From Octopus vulgaris (taxonomy: Eukaryota): a stretch of 64,000 bases of DNA. How positions within the stretch are numbered: position 1 is the stretch's first letter; each line of letters opens with the position of its first letter. The DNA is taken from NCBI GenBank assembly GCA_951406725.2, contig OX597842.1, forward strand, positions 16,120,001 to 16,184,000, written 5' to 3'. The notes beneath the pieces were generated by a model. It ran no database searches. It saw only the letters and a list, made by a program, of their open reading frames with translations, and had not been told where the DNA came from. Positions 56,650 through 64,000 of the stretch are shown piece by piece. The translations under genes were made by a program, and so were the position numbers.

Positions 56650-57035
56650 CTTCACTTGTTTCAGTCATTTGACTGCGGCCATGTTGCAGCACCACCTTTA
56701 GTCGAGCAAATCGACCCCGGGACTTATTCTTTGTAAGCCTAGTACTTATTCTATCGGTCTCTTTTGCCGAACCGCTAAGTAACGGGGACATAAACACACC
56801 AGCATCGGTTGTCAAGCAATGCTAGGGGGACAAACACAGACACACAAACACACACACGCATATATATATATATACATATATACGACAAGCTTCTTTCAGT
56901 TTCCGTCTTCCAAATCCACTCACAAGGCTTTGGTCGGCCCAAGGCTATAGTAGAAGACACTTGCCCAAAGTGCCACACAGTGGGACTGAACCCGGAACCA
57001 TGTGGTTGGTAAACAAGCTACTTACTACACAGCCT
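56650..57035 (-). mobile_element. tRNA-derived SINE; other copies at ~44770-45225, ~55025-55410 and partially ~25360-25730
   Basis: Minus-strand head GCTGTGTAGTAAGTAGCTTG...GGTTCCGGGTTCAGTCCCACTG (A/B boxes), an internal (CA)/(TA) microsatellite, and a shared body between copies. Confidence 0.8.
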
Positions 57036-57044
57036 ATATATATC

Positions 57045-57232
57045 AATTCACTTGATCACTTGACCGACCAGTCCGTCAGGTGTACATTTGACATCGCTGG
57101 TCACAGCACGCTGTCCACTCCTCTCTGGATCGCGCCTTTCTCATCCACGTGATCCCAATCGTCCTCCTGAAATCGTAACTCCACCGTCGTGGAGGTCTTC
57201 TGGTGGTCTTTTCCGCTCACGCGGGTCCACTG
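57045..57232 (-). mobile_element. RTE-type LINE 3' end; a related tail lies at 52706-52824 on the plus strand
   Basis: PRERKRP..RPPRRWSYDFRRTIGITWMRKARSREEW. The tail TGTGACCAGCGA...CTGGTCGGTCA(C/A)GTGATCA(C/A)GTGA is shared by both sites. Confidence 0.7.
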
Positions 57233-57403
57233 ATTACATCTATCTATCTATCTATATATATATTTATACATATATACATATAGTCATACAGATAGATAAA
57301 TAGATAGATAGATAAGATAGATAGACAGATAGATAGACAGATAGATAGATAAGATACATAGGTAGAAAAGATAGGTATATATAAAGATAGGTATATATAT
57401 ATA

Positions 57404-57531
<128 letters not shown>

Positions 57532-57819
57532 TGTTATATGTGTGTGTCCGTGTAATTATAATAAGGGCTTATAAATAAATTTCCTAGCTATATGCTGAGA
57601 AAAAGACGCTAAATAGCCTCATCACTGAAAGAAGTCAGAAACACATTTTGAATTCGATGCAACAAGCCAACGGAAATTTTCGTTAAGATAGTTCTGACCA
57701 AATGCTCTCTCATCTGACCAAATGCTCTCTCATCTTCAGCGGGAACATACTATAGATATAAATGAGATATTTATTAATGCACAAATGAAAGCGAAACGCG
57801 AAGCCATAAATACACATAA

Positions 57820-59850
57820 ATTCCCCATTCTGCTGCCAGTCTGCGTAGACGCAGGCCATCAATTGTCCGAGCAAGTCCGGCATACTCCGATAAAATTCAT
57901 AGGGCAGACCATCCAGCCCCGGCGACTTGTTCCTGGCGCATTCAGCTAGCACATCCCCGACCTCCGCAAATGTAATCGACCCTTCACAACATTCCGCCTC
58001 CCGCGCCGAGTGTCGCGGCCCGCCGGCGAAAAAGTCCTTTAGGGACTCCCCACCGTCCAGCGCCCCGCTCGTCCCAAACCACCGGTCGAAATCTCTAAAG
58101 ATTTGTCCACGTCCACTGTGGAACGAGCACTTCACCCAGTCTATATCGGTCTACTAGGTTATAGCTTGCTAGTAACTTTTTTTAGACCAGAACATCCCCT
58201 TCTATCGGTCGAGCCAACACTATCCACCCCTGCTTCGAGAATAGCGTTAACGTCTCCTACTATATCTAGAGTTTTAGACGTCACCAGAAAGCTCTCCAGG
58301 TCTCGAAATAAAACAGATTGTCTACCCTCTTTCGGAGCGTAGACCGCTACCGACTTGAAGGACTGGTTACTTGCTTGTCACATCCAGGACGACCAACCTA
58401 ACTTCTCGTTCCAGAATATCTGTACTTACCTGTGTGTCCAAGCTTTTTCTGAACAACACCACCAGGCACCCGTCTCCCCGTCGACTAGGAGAAATAAATT
58501 TCTCATAGCCATTTAGAAGAGACGAGAACGTCTGTGGCCCGTTCTACTTCTATTCAGTCGCAACACGTTTAGCCGGTTATAGTGAACTGGAGTCGTTCAG
58601 GAATTAAGTTTGCTTCCATTTCGATCCCAGGCCACGAATATTTATACTACCTAACTTAATTTCCATGGTAAAAATAAAAAAACCACACATGTTAAGTATG
58701 GGGCGGGGCTGCACGAATTTTCCAGCCTCCCCTTCCTTTTCTTTCCGAGATGTAGCCGCTGGGCTAAGAACAAATCTTTTGTTGGCCATCTTTTAGTTAA
58801 CATCTTGTATGTCCTACGGGTATCTCTCTTTAGATTGTTTAAATATTTCTGCTACTATCCTTGCCAACCGTATATTCGGTGGCATACCATGTATCGGTCT
58901 GGCCTTGATTCGATTATTTTGTTTGAGGCTTGAACCAGCATCTCGAGTGTTTGGCCTTTCTAGTTTAGAGCCTCTCCCTTTTACATTTGCGGTATTGATA
59001 TTTCTTCTGTGTCGTAAATTACGGCCGATGCAATGCAGGTTACGTTATAACCAGCCGGTTTTCTCCTCTATTGTTATTTTTGCAGTTGTTCTCCGGCCAA
59101 GGTAGGTCGGGAGCAACATTATCCCCTCATTCTTTAGCGTTTGAGTCGATATTTCTTCTGCTAATTCAGCGTTTTCAAATTGCGCCTCAATAGTGGAGCT
59201 TCTTCGTCGTGGACCGACATAGGTATAGTTTTTCCCTATATAGCGGGGGGCGGGATCACTTCTCTACAACTTCGTTCGTCACTGACATTATTCTTTTTTT
59301 CTTTTCGGTTGTATGTTTTGTATACTACCGTTCTGGCAGTAAAATCTTTCATCATGTCCTGTGGTGGCAGAAGTTTGGTTTCGTTGCTACATTTCTTTAA
59401 AAGGTAGCGAAACTTAAATAAATGTCCCTTAGATAGCTCCAATTCACAGAAATTGCCACCAACAGCAGCAGAAAAACTTGGCTTTTCCTTTCCTTCCTGG
59501 TTCCCTTCCATGATGTTTGCCATATGGAAATTTAATTCCGAAGGCAGATTATCCAATCCTGGTGATTTAATCCCCTCACAGCAGATCAGTATTTTTGCCA
59601 CTTCATCAGCAGAAAAACTTGGCTTTTCCTTTCCTTCCTGGTTACAAACTTGTTTACTTTCTTTCATGGCCGGGAAATCCTTCTCTCAGAACTGAAAATC
59701 GATATTCCACAACAAATTCAATTCCATATTTACAAATGGCTCCCGAATAACAGAAAAATTCTAAGTATTATTGTCAAAATGCCAAAAATTAATTTTTTAC
59801 CCTGCAATGGGTAAAAAAAACAAAAAAAGCAGTCCAACAAGTTATGCAGC
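57820..59850 (-). mobile_element. L1/Tx1 LINE 5' half (ORF1 remnant, APE, start of RT)
   Basis: MEIKLGSINIRGL (APE start), VAVYAP, and KSPGLDGLPYEFYRSMPDL. Confidence 0.82.
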
Positions 59851-59856
59851 AATTAA

Positions 59857-61050
59857 TTTTCTGCCCCGTGGGGCGAAAAGTTTCATTAAATCGACGACAA
59901 CAGTTCGATTCCAAGAAGCGCACAAGCGTAACAATTTCAACATATAATCAACAACAAAAATACATTAACCAAATAAACTCATTAAGCCAGAGCAGCCGAA
60001 AGCAGAAGGACTCTAGTCTGGAGTAATTTCTTTATTATGATAATATCTTTCACATGACGTTACAAATATATAGATGAGCTAAGTGAGTTTATCATTAGAA
60101 CCTGAATGAATCCCACATACAATTTAAATACAATTTTCTCATATATGCTTCGCGACATTTGTCTCTTCTCCTGCCCTGTTTTGCTCTTCAGGTGGTACCT
60201 GAAGTAGTATAGCAAGCCAGGGCCGAATATGAAGGACCCTGTCTCTATTCCTTGCATTCTTGTTTTCCATGCATACTCTTTCATTACTGCAATCGTACGC
60301 AGAAAACATGCCTCACTTTCCTTTTATAGTCCGGTTGGCGGTACAATCTTTCTCACAGACTCAGCTGATAGCTGTATTCTTCCCAGGTGCGACAACACGT
60401 GTTCTACGTAAATTATCAAGCCCAAAAGCTGCATGCATTGTACAAGAGCGTGCAGGACAGTTTCTCTGTCCTGCCTACACCTTGGGCATGCCAGTGGCAC
60501 TGATATTCTTTGCCTGGACAATTTATCGCGGACAGGTAACTCATCCCTGTGACACTACCAGGTCAGGGATCTTTGGTAATTATCCAAATACTCCGACCTG
60601 AAGGTGTTTTGAAACAGTTTGTCTAGCTGGTTCTCATCGAAACCCAGAGCCTCTTCTAGGACACCATAGCTATTATATTCTACAATCCCTTTATAAAATA
60701 CAGAGGTGGTATTTCTGCTGCCGGCCTTGCCGGCCTTGCCGGCCTTGCCCGCCCTGTGGATTGCCATTCAGTTGTATTCTGTCTTTTTATCTAACCGGGT
60801 GTAGATTCCTCCAAGGACGCCGGTCGTGGAAAGAATTCCCCTACAAGCGAATTCCACACCTGGCCACCATCCAGGTAGAGCCAGAGCGGCCTTAGCCTCA
60901 GTGTATGTCTTCATATCAATAGCCAGGGCTTTTCCATTTCCATATTTTGAAGAGGTCTTAGGCCAACAGGTTTTGGAGTCTTACGAGACGGTACAAAGCT
61001 AAACCCTTTATGAATGGGAAACCCAGGGTAATCCCATAAGCCCCGCCAAT
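59857..61050 (-). mobile_element. L1/Tx1 ORF2 C-terminus plus 3' UTR
   Basis: GGAYG and LACPRCRQDRETVLHALVQC, with a terminal CCCCACGGGGCAGAAAA tail. Confidence 0.8.
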
Positions 61051-61061
61051 TTTTAATATAC

Positions 61062-61123
<62 letters not shown>

Positions 61124-61489
61124 TATAAGTGTATATGCATGTATGCCTATTTACTGATTTTTTTTTATATCTTACTAAATCTCCTTCTCTCTTCTAAAAA
61201 AAAACTGTTCTGTAAATGATTGTCTTCCATACATTAATATTTTGAAAATAAAATTCTGTTCTTGTATATGTATATTGCGTTGAAGAATGGATGTAAACAT
61301 GATATTCTATGAACTGAGGTGCTTGTCATTTATAGCTGTTTTACTTTGTAAATTGTACGATGGCACTGTATGATTTATAACCTATACACTAATGCAGACA
61401 TGTAAAAGAAGTTATCATACACAAAAATATGTGAAACGATGTAACTGGTGAAAGAAATATATTCATCTTATCATTTCTTATTTCTTACT

Positions 61490-61528
<39 letters not shown>

Positions 61529-62004
61529 GTGTGTGTGTGTATAAATATATACATATTCCTACGCATAGACATACACACACACATATATGTAAGTGTATGT
61601 ACGTATATATCCATACATATATATACGCACACACACTCAGAGTTCTTTGTGTGTGTATGTATATATGTATGAGTATTCATCTTGTATGTGTGTGCGTATA
61701 CGTGTATGTATGTGTTATATGTGTGTGTGAGTGTGTTTTTTGTCATGACATCTATGTGATAGTTGTAAATGAGTTCCACTGTCATATAAGCAGGGTCTCT
61801 TATAGCCAACATTCTGCGGGAACATGTCTCGTTCTTGGCAAATGTTAGCTTCCTTAAAAAGAAGAGGAGAAGGTCGGCGATAGGGAGAGGATCCAGCTGC
61901 AGAAATTCTGCCTCAATATAATCTATCTGAGCCAAGCAAGAATGATAAAATTGATTCTGTGTGTGTACGTATATATATACATATATACATACATACACAC
62001 ATTC

Positions 62005-62106
<102 letters not shown>

Positions 62107-62325
62107 ATGTGTACACACCCATACATATATACATGGTTGTAGTGTAAGAAGCTTTGTTCCCAGACATACACGATTCCACGTTGAATTCCTGTGCATGGAA
62201 ACTGAGGCAAGAATATTCTACTCTTACCTAGGGCTAAAAAAACTTGTCAGTGGATTTGGTAATTAAAAACTGAAAGAAGCTTCATAACAGGTGTGTGCCT
62301 ATGTATGTGTGTGTTAGTGAGTGTT

Positions 62326-62356
<31 letters not shown>

Positions 62357-62504
62357 AGTGGTTCAGCAAAGAGGCCGAGAGGATAAGGGATATGCTTAAA
62401 ATAATAAAAATACTGGGACCGATCCATTTGACTAAAAATTCGTGATGCACCAGCTTGGCCGTAGTCAAATACCTAAAACAATTAATATATATATGTATAT
62501 ATAT

Positions 62505-62543
<39 letters not shown>

Positions 62544-62749
62544 CATGATATTCATTTGACTATTAAATGTATTATTATCAGTGGTGGTGGTCAGCTGGAC
62601 TCTCAACACCGCTACTATCAACATGAAGGAATTAGTAGTACATGTGATTGAATCTATCCCCATTATTTTTCTGGTACCTTGATAATATTTATATTATACA
62701 GATCAATAAAATGCTGGAGAGTGTATATAATATGTATTTATTAACTAAC

Positions 62750-62786
62750 CTGGTTCAGCAATAGAGACACAACACCATTGCGTTGG
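62750..62786 (-). CDS. 37-bp ankyrin-repeat exon continuing the previous exon
   Basis: tattactttcag|C CAA CGC AAT GGT GTT GTG TCT CTA TTG CTG AAC CAG|gttagt. Joined to the repaired upstream exon it gives TPLHVAVRGQRNGVVSLLLNQ, a canonical ankyrin repeat. Confidence 0.75.
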
Positions 62787-63750
62787 CTGAAAGTAATAGA
62801 TAAGGAAAGAAAAACATGAAAAAAACAAACATCACACAGCTTGAGATAATAGCTATTAGGTCATTAAAGAAAACAGATGCAATTAGGTACCAATAACTTA
62901 ATTAGAGCAATTATTACGCATATACTCACACACATATATATTTATTCAATACACACTCTACACAGTAGAACAATGATATATACACACCTGAGTAAACCCA
63001 GAAATGTAAAGACAGGAAAAATACTGCTAAGAATTCTGACAGCTTATATAAACATGAAATTTAGGAAGGAAAGAAGGGCTACAGGTAATCATATGAACCC
63101 CAGTACATGACTGGTATTGTATTTTATCAACCTTGCAAAGATGGAAGAAGTTGACATTGGCAGGATTTGAACTCAGAACGTAAAGAGTCGTAAATAAAAT
63201 AACGCAATTTATTTTCTTCAAAAGTAATAAGAAACAAGAACAGGAGAAAAGAAGGAAGACAGTTTATTAAAGGAACCCCTGGGTATTACTGGTACAGATT
63301 ATATTGACCCCAGAGTGATAGTAAATATTCTGGTAGGATTTGAACATGGCACATAAAAGAGACAAATGTAAATACTGTAAGGGGATGATTCTGTAGTTAG
63401 CCCAGGGTCGGAGTAAATAGAGAGTCTACAAAGGAGAGAGAGAGAAAGAGAGAGGAAAAGAGAGAGAGAAAAAGTAGTTCAAGATGGGATGAAAGGAAGA
63501 GGAGAGAGGATTTGAACCTGTGACGTTGAGGAAATGGAGAACGAGATGAAGTAAAGAGTCCAGTCAGGCAAGAACAATAATAATTATGGTGATGATTAAT
63601 TGATAAAGTAGATTACAGTGCGAAAGAAAGAAGAAAGACAATGACCCCATGGTGGGATTATGACATGAATGACTGAATGAAAAAGAAACAAATATTATTG
63701 AAAACATAAAAGAAACAGATTTGGATATTCCAGATCCAATGGGGACTTAT

Positions 63751-63907
63751 CCTCGAACTGCTACACATGCAGTGGTGTGTCTCCATCGTTGTCTACCACA
63801 TTCGCATCGGTGCCATTGTGACCCAACAACATGTCGATAGTGTGAAAGTGTCCCCGCAAACAGGCCCAGTGCAGCGGTGTGCAACCATGTTTATCTCGTT
63901 GATTCAC
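63751..63907 (-). pseudogene. Ankyrin-repeat exon, damaged
   Basis: ttttctttttcag|VNQRDKHGCTPLHWACLRGHFHTIDMLLGHNGTDANVVDNDGDTPLHV then TAG (63763-63761). Removing 2 nt restores HVAVRG. The donor reads ATAAGT. Confidence 0.85.
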
Positions 63908-64000
63908 CTGAAAAAGAAAAGAATAAAAACATTAAAAATGGTGTCTGAAACGGGAGTCGGGTGGTGAAGAATTAAAAGAAAACTCACAGAAAAAGGGAAG

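Noticed and set aside
56960-57035. tRNA-like A/B boxes
   Set aside because: This is a SINE head present in several copies, not a tRNA gene.
60719-60750. (GCCGGCCTT)x3 GC-rich repeat
   Set aside because: It is local slippage inside a dead LINE ORF2, not a CRISPR array or regulatory element.

Overview
AT-rich, microsatellite- and transposon-dense animal genomic DNA. The SINE/LINE families and repeat load suggest a coleoid cephalopod such as Octopus (inference, not checked). Host genes found, both on the minus strand: (1) a secreted or membrane leucine-rich-repeat gene. It has a signal-peptide/LRRNT exon at 34714-34915, then two intact 72-bp phase-2 LRR exons (16735-16806, 15627-15698) and three decayed copies of the same exon cassette (5874-5947, 2817-2855, 595-666), and probably continues off the left edge. 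(2) Two exons of an ankyrin-repeat gene near the right edge, one carrying a 2-bp insertion, a stop codon and a dead donor. The rest is mobile DNA: Gypsy LTR relics, four Penelope-like elements (one with inverted terminal repeats carrying minimal hammerhead ribozyme motifs), a hAT/Buster transposase relic, a mariner derivative, a Helitron relic, a cluster of R4/Dong LINEs in (TAA)n, L1/Tx1 LINEs, several ORF1-only (HAL1-like) retroelements sharing a LINE 3' tail, CR1 and RTE tails, tRNA-derived SINEs, and a ~1.36-kb tandem repeat of unknown origin. All calls were made by eye. Exon, LTR and TIR coordinates were counted directly; other TE boundaries are approximate.
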